A stretch of DNA of 64,000 nt from Spirochaetia bacterium (GTDB lineage: Bacteria; Spirochaetota; Spirochaetia; UBA9216): NCBI GenBank assembly GCA_965140585.1, contig OZ223264.1, forward strand, positions 288,001 through 352,000, written 5' to 3'. Numbering within the stretch: the first letter of the stretch is position 1; each line of letters opens with the position of its first letter. Under the pieces are notes generated by a model. That model had not been told where the DNA came from. It saw only the letters and a program-made list of their open reading frames with translations, and did not search any database. Made by a program: the position numbers and the translations under genes. Positions 20,083 to 28,857 of the stretch are shown piece by piece.

Positions 20083-21795
20083 TTAGTCCTCTTCGATGAA
20101 ATCCAGAAGGCTGTCACCGGTTACCATCGGATATGTGTTAAGTTTCTGCGCAAGCATGTATTCAATTACGACCGGCTTGTTCGCTGCCAGGGCTTTTTCA
20201 ATTGCAGGTCTGATTTCAGAGGGTTCAGTTACCCTGATTCCAATTCCGCCCATGGCTTCAGATATGGCTGCGTAATTTACCGATGAACCGAGGTCGCAGC
20301 TTTTGTATCTTTCGGAATAAAATGTGTTTTGAAGCTGGCTGATCATTCCAAGCCTCTGGTCATTCATTACCATCGCAATTACCGGAAAGTTCTCTTCTAC
20401 GGCTGTTACAATTTCCTGAATACACATGAGAAACGAGCCGTCTCCGCTTATTGAAATTACGGTTTCATCGGGTCTTCCCGCCTTTGCACCAATAGCCGCC
20501 GGCAGTCCGAAGCCCATGGTTCCAAGACCTCCGGAAGTGATGAATGAATTCTTTTTATCAACAGGAAAATAATGAGCCGCGAACATCTGGTGGCGGCCTA
20601 CGTCGGTTGTGATAATTGCATCGGGAACCATTTCTTTAACCGTTTCAAGAATGCATGGAATATTCAGGCTGGAATAGTCAGTCGGCTTTGTGTGTTTTTC
20701 CCTGATGCCGTGCAGAAAACTAACCCATTCTTTGCGTGCAGCCGACTCTGCGGCCTTCTTTTTATCATGAAGCAGATCGTTAAGTGCTTCAAGTATTTTA
20801 CCCGCATCACCAACTATAGGAAGAAAAGAGGGGATGTTCTTGCTTATCTCGGCCGGATCTATGTCGATGTGAATAATATCAGCTTTTGCCGCATATGTAG
20901 CAACCGGTCCTGTCGAGCGGTCGCCGAAACGGGTTCCAACTGCTATGATAACATCGGCATTCTGAATTGCGTTGTTAGCCGCTGCTGTCCCGTGATACCC
21001 TGAAAGTCCAAGATACTGAGGGTCCGAGTTGGGAAATCCGTTTTTCCCCATCAGGGTTGAAACAACCGGAATTTCTGTACTTCTGGCAAACTCGGTAAAG
21101 ATATCTTCTGCATTGGAACTGACTACACCGCCGCCGGAGATAAGAAGCGGTTTTTCTGCCTTGCTGATAAGCGCTGCAGCTTTTTTCATCTGTCCCGAAT
21201 GCCCCTTGATAACTGGGTTATAGCCTTCAAGATTGGATGGCTGAAATTTATTGGTTTTTGATGTGTCAATTTCGGTTGCTAGCACATCCTTAGGTATATC
21301 GACAAGAATAGGCCCCTTTCTGCCTGTTGATGCCAGGTAAAAGGCCTCACTTACTGTATATTCAAGGTCTTCAGGTTCTGACACCAGGTAATTGTGCTTG
21401 GTTACCGGAATTGTAATTCCGGTAATATCGACTTCCTGGAATGCATCGTTTCCAATCATAGTTTTTGGAACCTGCCCGGTAATTGCCACAACCGGAGCTG
21501 AATCCATGAAGGCTGTTGCCAGTCCGGTAACCAGGTTTGTTGCTCCCGGTCCACTGGTTGCCATACATAATCCGGGCTTTCCCGTTGCCCTGGCATATCC
21601 GTCTGCCATGTGTGCTCCACCCTGTTCATGCCGGCAAAGGACATGCCTTATACTGGAATGATCCAGTTCGTCATAAATTGGAAGAGTTGCGCCTCCGGGG
21701 TACCCGAAAATTATTTCAGCCCCTTCTTTCTCAAGAGCCTTTAAAACTGCTCCGGCGCCCGTTTTATGATGCTTCTTTTTCTTTTCATTATCCAA
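20083..21795 (-). CDS. ilvB: Acetolactate synthase large subunit
   Basis: FGYPGGATLP, RHEQGG, TSGPGATN, DAFQE, GLGTMGFGLP, GDGSF TPP motif; TTG start with GGAGG RBS. Confidence 0.96.
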   Translation of the reverse strand: MDNEKKKKHHKTGAGAVLKALEKEGAEIIFGYPGGATLPIYDELDHSSIRHVLCRHEQGGAHMADGYARATGKPGLCMATSGPGATNLVTGLATAFMDSAPVVAITGQVPKTMIGNDAFQEVDITGITIPVTKHNYLVSEPEDLEYTVSEAFYLASTGRKGPILVDIPKDVLATEIDTSKTNKFQPSNLEGYNPVIKGHSGQMKKAAALISKAEKPLLISGGGVVSSNAEDIFTEFARSTEIPVVSTLMGKNGFPNSDPQYLGLSGYHGTAAANNAIQNADVIIAVGTRFGDRSTGPVATYAAKADIIHIDIDPAEISKNIPSFLPIVGDAGKILEALNDLLHDKKKAAESAARKEWVSFLHGIREKHTKPTDYSSLNIPCILETVKEMVPDAIITTDVGRHQMFAAHYFPVDKKNSFITSGGLGTMGFGLPAAIGAKAGRPDETVISISGDGSFLMCIQEIVTAVEENFPVIAMVMNDQRLGMISQLQNTFYSERYKSCDLGSSVNYAAISEAMGGIGIRVTEPSEIRPAIEKALAANKPVVIEYMLAQKLNTYPMVTGDSLLDFIEED

Positions 21796-21855
21796 ATCAA
21801 TTTACCTCCGGCTTTGTTTTACAGAAATTGTCAGAATTTCCGAATCAATTTCGGC

Positions 21856-21891
21856 AAAAAAAAAGCCTGCTGACCGACCGTCAACAGGCTT
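21856..21891 (-). terminator. ilvBN attenuator terminator
   Basis: Minus strand AAGCCTG-TTGAC-GGTCG-GTCAG-CAGGCTT with a 9-nt T run, between the leader peptide and ilvB. Confidence 0.88.
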
Positions 21892-21909
21892 GTATTTGCT
21901 AAATAGCTT

Positions 21910-22035
21910 CTAACAGCTGCTTCCGGCTCTAAATGAGTTTCTGACGACCACACTGACCACGACGACGTTAACTAGAACGTTAATGAGTACGTTTAGGACT
22001 GTGACCGCTGAAACGGCAGCTTTTACCGGATTCAT
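21910..22035 (-). CDS. ilv operon leader peptide (41 aa), absent from the ORF track
   Basis: MNPVKAAVSAVTVLNVLINVLVNVVVVSVVVRNSFRAGSSC*: 14 Val, 3 Leu, 1 Ile, immediately before the terminator. Confidence 0.85.
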   Translation of the reverse strand: MNPVKAAVSAVTVLNVLINVLVNVVVVSVVVRNSFRAGSSC

Positions 22036-22152
22036 ATCTCTGTTATCCTGATAAAAAGACTAACCGCTTTTTTATTATCGGTCAATAGGCGAAAAGTGCA
22101 GGATTGCAGAATTCGAATTGAATCAGCTTCTTTTTAGTGTTATCATTTGAAT

Positions 22153-22656
22153 ATGAAGAAGAGAATTATACTTATATTAACTGCTGTAATCTTTATTGCT
22201 GCCGCGGCACCGGTCTTTTCTGCCGAAACAGGCGAACAGGCCCCGGCCTTTGTTCTGCCGGATATTAATAAGAATTATGCTTTTTCAAAGAAGATCTATT
22301 TCACAGGCTGGGTTCTTGTTGATTTTTATGCAACATGGTGTGAAAACTGTAATGAAGAACTGCCTCATATAGAAGAATTATATAACGAATATTCGGACAG
22401 AGACTTTAAGGTGATTCTTATGGCAACCGACAAGGAAGGACTCGATATTGTTAAGCCTTTCTTTGCAGAACGTCCTACCCCTGTAACTGTGCTGATTGAC
22501 AAGTATCAGAAATCGGTTCAGGCATTCGGTGTTGAAGCTCTGCCTACCTTGTTTCTTATTAATCCCGAAGGGGAAATTGTATTTAAAACTGTGGGTTATC
22601 ATGAAGAGGATGTTGAAACTTTACGGAGTATACTCAGTGAAGCGCTTGACGGTTAG
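22153..22656 (+). CDS. TlpA/ResA-like thiol-disulfide oxidoreductase, exported
   Basis: Signal peptide, APAFVLPD, DFYATWCENC, ALPTLFLINPEG. Confidence 0.9.
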   Translation: MKKRIILILTAVIFIAAAAPVFSAETGEQAPAFVLPDINKNYAFSKKIYFTGWVLVDFYATWCENCNEELPHIEELYNEYSDRDFKVILMATDKEGLDIVKPFFAERPTPVTVLIDKYQKSVQAFGVEALPTLFLINPEGEIVFKTVGYHEEDVETLRSILSEALDG

Positions 22657-23545
22657 AAAACCGCTTAAAACCTCTCTTTTTATTCTGATACTGGTTTCGG
22701 GCTTTTTGTCGGTACCGGTATTTGCAGAAACTGTCTCTGTGTTCTTTACAGCATCATTAAACGGCAATCTGATCGGCTGTGAATGCAAGGGGGTTCCGAA
22801 GGGCGGATTGTCATCATCTGCGACTCTTCTGAGGACAATAGATCATTCAAATTCAGTTGTTGTTGATCTTGGTGATGTTCTTGATGCCAGGGTTGATAAC
22901 CTGCTTTCTGCAACGATGATGAAACTATATAAGGATATAGGCTATGATCTGGTTGCTGCCGGTGATCAGGAGTTTGCTTCCGGAGTTGATTTTTTCAAAC
23001 AGAACTCCCGAACAACAGACTATATTTCCAACAATATAGTTCTCGACGGGAGAATGATAACTCCGGAACCAGTGATTTATAACCGTAAGGGTGTAAAAAT
23101 CGGAATAGCTTCGGTGACTTCTTCTTCTGTTTTCTACTTCTATCCTGATGAAGTAAAATCAAGGCTTAAAATAAACGATCCTGCAGAAACAGCAGCTGTT
23201 ATGCAGGAAATGATGGATGATGCTGATATTAAAATCCTGCTTTACCACGGACATATAGATGATGCCGAGGCTCTCTTTAATATACAGAACGGCTGGGACG
23301 CGGTTCTTGCTGCCCATGATCAGATGCTTTATGAGAAGGCCGACGGTAACCGTATGCTTCTGTCTCCGGGAGAAGAGGGCAACAGGGTCGGCCGTATTGA
23401 TTTCGATGTCCGGTTTGGAAAAATCAGATCTACTGAACACAGCTTCAGATATTTTAATTATAAAGTGGATCCTCAGGATCCGGGTGTTGAAAAAGCATTT
23501 GATGAATATAAAAAAGAACTGATTAAGAATCTCAAAAATGGCTGA
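22637..23545 (+). CDS. UshA-like (5'-nucleotidase/metallophosphoesterase fold) exported protein with a CxC motif
   Basis: GTG start with GGAG RBS; NGNLIGCECKGVPKGGL, DLGD, GYDLVAAGDQEF, LLYHG, AAHD. Confidence 0.7.
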   Translation: MKRLTVRKPLKTSLFILILVSGFLSVPVFAETVSVFFTASLNGNLIGCECKGVPKGGLSSSATLLRTIDHSNSVVVDLGDVLDARVDNLLSATMMKLYKDIGYDLVAAGDQEFASGVDFFKQNSRTTDYISNNIVLDGRMITPEPVIYNRKGVKIGIASVTSSSVFYFYPDEVKSRLKINDPAETAAVMQEMMDDADIKILLYHGHIDDAEALFNIQNGWDAVLAAHDQMLYEKADGNRMLLSPGEEGNRVGRIDFDVRFGKIRSTEHSFRYFNYKVDPQDPGVEKAFDEYKKELIKNLKNG

Positions 23546-24992
23546 AATTTCCTTTAAGAAACTTATTATTACTCTCGTTTTTACCGCATTTGCTGCAGTG
23601 TTTTCTGTATTTGCGGACAGCGGTCTGGAGTTCAGTATTACAGAATGGAACACAGGTGAGCTCGAAGCCGGAATTGTTACAGAAAAAACGGTCGAGGTTT
23701 TAAATAAATCAGGGACTGCTGTGGAAGTCGAATTAATCAGTACCTGCAGCTGTGTTTCGATAGCTCCTGACTTCCTTGAGATTGCACCGGAGATTACAGC
23801 TTCGTTCACAATATATTTTGACAGTTCAGATGATTCCGGGGAGTTTGAAAAGCTGATTATTGTAAGGACGAATCTGCCTGAACTTCCAAAAGGTTTTTTT
23901 GTTGTCTCGGGTTCTGTCGCAGGGGTCGGGGCTGAGGTTTCCGCCTCTGAATCAGAAGCGGTAATTGATCCGGAACCCTCAGATGCTGAACTTCCGGTTT
24001 ATTTTTATACCGCCGGATGCAGGAGCTGTAACAAGTTTATTTCTGAATCTGAAATTCCAATTACGCTCCGTGATATCACAGGTGCTGAGAATTATGAACT
24101 GATGTCGCAGCTGCTGGATGATTACGGCGTCCGGCTTGATGCAGTTCCGGTACTTATTTCGGTTAACGGCGTTTTTCAGGGGGAGGATGCAATACGGGAA
24201 GAGTATGCCAGACTGGTTTCAGGCGACTTTTCCGGGGACCCTGTAGCGGTCCCCTCCGGTGAGAAGAGGTCTGCATCTGCATCAGAGGGGATAACCCTAG
24301 TCGCGGTATTCGCCGCAGGGCTTCTTGACGGGGTTAACCCCTGCGCTTTTACCACTTTAATTTTTCTGCTGAGCGCGCTGAGTGTTGCCGGCCGAAGCCG
24401 TAAGGAAACCCTTTTGATAGGGCTTTTCTTTACTCTCGCTGTTTTTGTTACATATTATCTTATAGGTCTTGGATTTTTCAGAGTAATCCGGATTGCAGGG
24501 TCCTTCTCTGTTATCAGTACAATAATCAGGTGGCTTCTGCTTGCTGTTCTTATTGTCTTTGCGGGCTTAAGTTTTTATGATTACTCGGTTATAAAAAGAG
24601 GGAAATCAAAGGATATCATTCTTCAGCTCCCTGATTATATGAAAAAGAAAATACACTCATCGATAAGGACGTATTCAAAATCAGCCGCAATAGCCGGAAG
24701 TTCCATCCTTATGGGAATGCTCGTTTCAGTCTTTGAACTTGGTTGTACGGGGCAAATCTATTTTCCAACCATCACTTATATGATTCAGACCGGAAACGCT
24801 CATGAAGGCTGGGGACTGCTTGCTGTTTATAATATTGCTTTTATTATTCCGCTTGCCGCTGTTTTTGCTGTTGTTTATATAGGTGTTACATCAAAAAAAA
24901 TAACAGGTATTTTTCAGGCACACCTTGGAACTGTAAAACTGCTGACTGGAATAATGTTTATCGGCTTTGCTCTTATGATTTTATTTTTTTGA
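23538..24992 (+). CDS. DUF1573-like + thioredoxin-like + CcdA/DsbD-type transmembrane electron transporter
   Basis: STCSC, FYTAGCRSC, GLLDGVNPCAF, FELGCTGQIY, YNIAFIIP; multiple C-terminal TM helices. Confidence 0.8.
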   Translation: MAEISFKKLIITLVFTAFAAVFSVFADSGLEFSITEWNTGELEAGIVTEKTVEVLNKSGTAVEVELISTCSCVSIAPDFLEIAPEITASFTIYFDSSDDSGEFEKLIIVRTNLPELPKGFFVVSGSVAGVGAEVSASESEAVIDPEPSDAELPVYFYTAGCRSCNKFISESEIPITLRDITGAENYELMSQLLDDYGVRLDAVPVLISVNGVFQGEDAIREEYARLVSGDFSGDPVAVPSGEKRSASASEGITLVAVFAAGLLDGVNPCAFTTLIFLLSALSVAGRSRKETLLIGLFFTLAVFVTYYLIGLGFFRVIRIAGSFSVISTIIRWLLLAVLIVFAGLSFYDYSVIKRGKSKDIILQLPDYMKKKIHSSIRTYSKSAAIAGSSILMGMLVSVFELGCTGQIYFPTITYMIQTGNAHEGWGLLAVYNIAFIIPLAAVFAVVYIGVTSKKITGIFQAHLGTVKLLTGIMFIGFALMILFF

Positions 24993-26031
24993 TTGAGTAA
25001 AAAGCTCCGTCAGTTCCGCTGAACTCCATTTCAGCATTGAGCTGAAGCACAAGTGAAGATATCAAAGCTGTTCCCAATGTCCCGGAACTTTCCATGCTGA
25101 AGTCTGCTGGGAATGGGATTCCATTGTTCTGAAAGGTTATTTCGAGTTCATTTCCGTTATTTTTAAGATGAATTTCAATTCTCCCTTTCTTTCTGTCAGG
25201 AAATGCATGCTTGAATGAATTGGTAATCATTTCATTAAGCATTAATCCAAGTGGAATAGCATTATCTACAGAAACACCGATGTCATCTACATCAAGAAAC
25301 ATTTCAACATTTGACGCGCTTCCGGGAATAGTACTTCTGATAGATTCAGTAAGAGAGTGAATGTATTCAGGCATATTTATACGGTTCATATCATCAGAAA
25401 TATAAAGCTGTTCGTGTACCAATGCCATGGAAAGGATTCGAGTCCTGAGATCGTTTATGAACTGTTCCATTTCTTCATTGTGATTTTGTGACTGATCCTG
25501 AAGATTGATGAGGCTGTTTACAAGCTGCAGATTGTTTTTTACGCGATGATGTACTTCCTTGAGAAGAACGTTTTTTTCATCAAGCGACTGTTTAAGCGCC
25601 ATAAGAAGCTGTTCTTTTTCTGTCACATCGTGCATTATCAGTACTGTATAATCCCTGTTTTCAAAGTTTACTTTTCTGCATGATATGTCAAGGTAGAGGT
25701 CTTTTGATAATTTTTTTGGATGATAACTGATGCTGTATGAAGTATAGTCGTTTTTTAGAGCCTGAATAAGTTCTGGTTTATCTTTGAAAAGTTCAAAGAT
25801 TGTTTTTATTTCTGTCTCAATCAGTGATTTGGAATATTCACGTGCGGTATCATTCATATCTATTATTCCGCCCTCAGGATGTGTCGCCAGAATAATTCCT
25901 TCTGAACTCTGATCCAGAAGAGCTCGGAAGCGTTTGAGCCCGGGGTAATAACTTTTTCTTATCGATGATGATCCCAGTCCTATGACAGAATTGAAAGATT
26001 CATCTCTTATTTCATCCAAAGGCCTGCTCAT
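24973..26031 (-). CDS. PAS HisKA_2 histidine kinase with an ErcS-like N-terminus
   Basis: VIGLGSSSIRKSYYP N-terminal motif, EVHHRVKNNLQ, EMITNSFKHAF, TLG. Confidence 0.85.
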   Translation of the reverse strand: MSRPLDEIRDESFNSVIGLGSSSIRKSYYPGLKRFRALLDQSSEGIILATHPEGGIIDMNDTAREYSKSLIETEIKTIFELFKDKPELIQALKNDYTSYSISYHPKKLSKDLYLDISCRKVNFENRDYTVLIMHDVTEKEQLLMALKQSLDEKNVLLKEVHHRVKNNLQLVNSLINLQDQSQNHNEEMEQFINDLRTRILSMALVHEQLYISDDMNRINMPEYIHSLTESIRSTIPGSASNVEMFLDVDDIGVSVDNAIPLGLMLNEMITNSFKHAFPDRKKGRIEIHLKNNGNELEITFQNNGIPFPADFSMESSGTLGTALISSLVLQLNAEMEFSGTDGAFYSIKKIKS

Positions 26032-27169
26032 AAAGCTCCTTCAAATCAGTTTCGCTGCATTCTCTCGGGTTGGTGAGCAGGCATGGATCGTTTATGGCGC
26101 GAGAGGCCATACTTTCAATATCTGTCTCAGTTATGGTCTTAAAAGGTTCCTCATCCACAACAGCATCTTCTATCAACTTGTTGAGCGCGGTTGTGACTCC
26201 GGATGAGGATTTTTTGTCATTAATTAGAATTCCTGACATTTCCATCAGCCGGATATACCTCTCTGAGGCTTTCGGCCAGTTGTACTTTATTACCGTGGAT
26301 AAGAGTACAGCATTGCATTCGCCATGCGGAGCATTAAGGTAGCCTCCAAGGCTGTGTGCCAGGGCATGAACAGCGCCGAGGCTGGTGTTGGAGAAAGCCA
26401 GCCCTGCCTCCATACTTGCCCGCATCAGTCTGCTTCTAATCTCAATATCTTCAGGATTGTCAAGGCATGGTATAAGGTCTTTAAGAATTATTTTAACTGC
26501 TTCCGCAGCGTGAATGTCGGTGATTGGAGAATGTGCTTTGGAGACATATGCTTCAAAAGCATGGGTCAGTGCGTCGAGAACAGTTGCCGAAGTAAGAGAT
26601 TTATCCATTGAGATTGTTGTTTCAGGATCGATGAGGGCAACGTCAGGTACAAGCAGTTTGCTTACAAATGCAACTTTAACTCTTTTCTCGGTATCTGTAA
26701 GGATCGCAAACTGTGATACATCGGCAGATGATCCGGCTGTAGTTGGTATACATATCATCGGGGGGCCTGGGTCGGGTATTTGATCTATTCCCATATAGTC
26801 CATAGGATTGCCCGGATTAGCTGCCAGAAGCCCAATTATTTTAGCACAATCCATGGGACTTCCACCGCCGATTGCTATAATGCCCTCACAGCCTGTGCTG
26901 CGGTAGATTTCTGCTCCCTTGATCGCTTCGTGATCTTTCGGGTTCGGGGTGACATTCAGAAAAACTTCTGTTTCCACGCTTTCTTTGTTGAGCAGATTAA
27001 TGAGTTCGCTGGTCCACCCCGCTCTGGCTACGCCATGATCGCTTACAATGAGTACTTTTTTGAGTCCCAGGTTCTGTGTGTACTGTCCGGCCAGTTTTCT
27101 AGCTCCCGGACCGAAAACGATTTCGGGTGCAAGAAACTTGCGCAATGTCAAATCGGGATTTTGTTCCAT
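26012..27169 (-). CDS. ercA: Iron-containing alcohol dehydrogenase-like regulatory protein (ErcA-like)
   Basis: LRKFLAPEIVFG, GGGSPMDCAK, PTTAGSSADVSQFA, DALTH, H..AH, HGECN; overlaps the downstream kinase. Confidence 0.8.
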   Translation of the reverse strand: MEQNPDLTLRKFLAPEIVFGPGARKLAGQYTQNLGLKKVLIVSDHGVARAGWTSELINLLNKESVETEVFLNVTPNPKDHEAIKGAEIYRSTGCEGIIAIGGGSPMDCAKIIGLLAANPGNPMDYMGIDQIPDPGPPMICIPTTAGSSADVSQFAILTDTEKRVKVAFVSKLLVPDVALIDPETTISMDKSLTSATVLDALTHAFEAYVSKAHSPITDIHAAEAVKIILKDLIPCLDNPEDIEIRSRLMRASMEAGLAFSNTSLGAVHALAHSLGGYLNAPHGECNAVLLSTVIKYNWPKASERYIRLMEMSGILINDKKSSSGVTTALNKLIEDAVVDEEPFKTITETDIESMASRAINDPCLLTNPRECSETDLKELYEQAFG

Positions 27170-27369
27170 CTTGGCCTCTACTTAAAATTATATAATAGTT
27201 TTTATATTGTTCAATAAAATAATCTGATAATTAATATAATGATATAGGTTTCTCGATGATAAGTTCATAGTTCCCCGGGATATCAAGTGAAAATATAAAA
27301 TTATTCCGGTGAAAAATAAAACATCACAAAATATTACAGTCTTTTTATTTAATTATGTAATTAAATATA

Positions 27370-27460
27370 TATACTTCAGGTGCCCGAGAGGGCTTAAAAG
27401 GGAACCGGGTGAGAATCCCGGACACCCCCAGGTACTGTAAGAGGAAAGGTTCTCAGATAG
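27370..27460 (+). ncRNA. Cobalamin riboswitch aptamer (5' half; 3' B12 box apparently lost)
   Basis: AGGTGCCC-GAGA-GGGC-TTAAAAGGGAA-CCGGGTGAGAATCCCGG-ACACCCCC..ACTGTAA matches the core; no AGYCAGRAGACCTG segment found. Confidence 0.8.
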
Positions 27461-27659
27461 GGGTTAAGGTGCAATACCTTAATAAGAATGTCTTTAGACA
27501 TTCTTCCGGCACAAATACAATGGCGGAACCGTCCCGGATTCAAATCTGGTCCCTATTTAAGGCCGCCGAGCGGCTGCTGTGAACGGTTGTTGTTCAATTG
27601 TCTGAAGTTTATTATCAAACTTCTGCACCGTATATAACTAATACAGGAGGAAATTGTAA

Positions 27660-27896
27660 TTATTTTCCTTCCTTAAGTTTTGAAATTATAAGGTCATAAT
27701 TCTCAGGAATGTGGGGTTTGATGCAGTTTGTGCAGTCCTTGATTCCCCTGTCTGTTAGCTTGTAATTACCGCCGCAGTCTTTAATAAGGTAAAGTGGGCA
27801 GAAACAGAAGAGGCAGTTCATCTCTTCTATTCCCTTGTGGCATGGGTAGTATTTGCAATCCTTATTCGCAAAAAATTTATAGCTGTTGTCTGTCAT
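27660..27896 (-). CDS. Cysteine-rich small domain (zf-like) protein, a family often found beside cobalamin genes
   Basis: CKYYPCH, NCLFCFCPLY, CGG, KDCTNC..PH. Confidence 0.88.
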   Translation of the reverse strand: MTDNSYKFFANKDCKYYPCHKGIEEMNCLFCFCPLYLIKDCGGNYKLTDRGIKDCTNCIKPHIPENYDLIISKLKEGK

Positions 27897-28021
27897 ACCT
27901 CATACCCTCTTGGTGTAATAAACCAGTTTCCTTTTATCGGGCTGCTGGAGTTCCAGAAGATTACAAGCGATGTCATTCCGATATCATCAAAAAAAGACTT
28001 AAATTCGGAAGGCCTGCATAG
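27893..28021 (-). pseudogene. cbiH: 3' remnant of precorrin-3B C17-methyltransferase
   Basis: DDIGMTSLVIFWNSSSPIKGNWFITPRGYEV* resembles the CbiH/CobJ C-terminal DM..VI.GNS...TPRGY; its TGA overlaps the zf-like ATG. Confidence 0.65.
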
Positions 28022-28812
28022 TCAAGACGATTCTTTACAGAATCTTTAATTAGATCCCCTAAGCTCTTTAATAACATAATCAGGTCATATTGTAAGCTTC
28101 TTCTACTTTTTAATTTTTTAAAACATTTATTCAGCCATTTTAAAATAGTAATACTATTATTGTCTGTTTTTAAATTCAACAATACATGGTTTTTTGTAAA
28201 TATTGATATGCTGTTAAAATCATAAAAAGATATACTATATCTGTTATGGTTAAATAGTAAGAATATATATAGCTGTAGGTATCTATTTTTATATAACCCT
28301 GGCTTATTGATTTTGATTCTTTGAGTCATTTCTGTTTCTTTGCTCATTGAGTATTGGACGGTTCTTTCGTAGTTAAAATGTTCAAGCAATCTATCTATAC
28401 CCAAACTTTTACGTTGGGATCTATGTTTTTTAATTTCAATAATTCTTAAACTGATCTTTAGTCTTTTCTCTATAAATTTTAATTCATATGAAGAGTGTCG
28501 TTCTGGACTTGAAATATTTAATATGAGTCGAAGAATCATGAATACTAAGAAAATACCATTCACAATATATAGACTAAGGAAACCTAATGAATAGAAGTAA
28601 CATGGATAGGGGATAATAAATGTCATCCAAAGTAAGAAAGTAGTAATCAATAAATCTATGATTTTAGATATACTGATGTAGATACCCTTGCTGACTTTGT
28701 TTTTAAAATTAGCTAGCGTAATACTATAATTCCTGAAGAGGAAACTGAGATAAATTATTAAAAGAAATATAAAAGATTTCAGTATTATTCTATTTAATAA
28801 TGATTTCATCAC
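27973..28812 (-). CDS. AT-rich hypothetical membrane protein
   Basis: 279 aa ORF with N-terminal hydrophobic segments; the 3' end reads into the cbiH remnant. Confidence 0.45.
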   Translation of the reverse strand: MMKSLLNRIILKSFIFLLIIYLSFLFRNYSITLANFKNKVSKGIYISISKIIDLLITTFLLWMTFIIPYPCYFYSLGFLSLYIVNGIFLVFMILRLILNISSPERHSSYELKFIEKRLKISLRIIEIKKHRSQRKSLGIDRLLEHFNYERTVQYSMSKETEMTQRIKINKPGLYKNRYLQLYIFLLFNHNRYSISFYDFNSISIFTKNHVLLNLKTDNNSITILKWLNKCFKKLKSRRSLQYDLIMLLKSLGDLIKDSVKNRLDYAGLPNLSLFLMISE

Positions 28813-28857
28813 TTCTCCATTTACTTCTCTGAATATTGAAATCCTTCCACATTACCG

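Noticed and set aside
27530-27560. tRNA remnant (TTCAAAT T-loop-like) as an integration site
   Set aside because: Stem geometry does not fit a T-arm, there are no D or anticodon arms of proper size, and no second copy was seen at the other islet end
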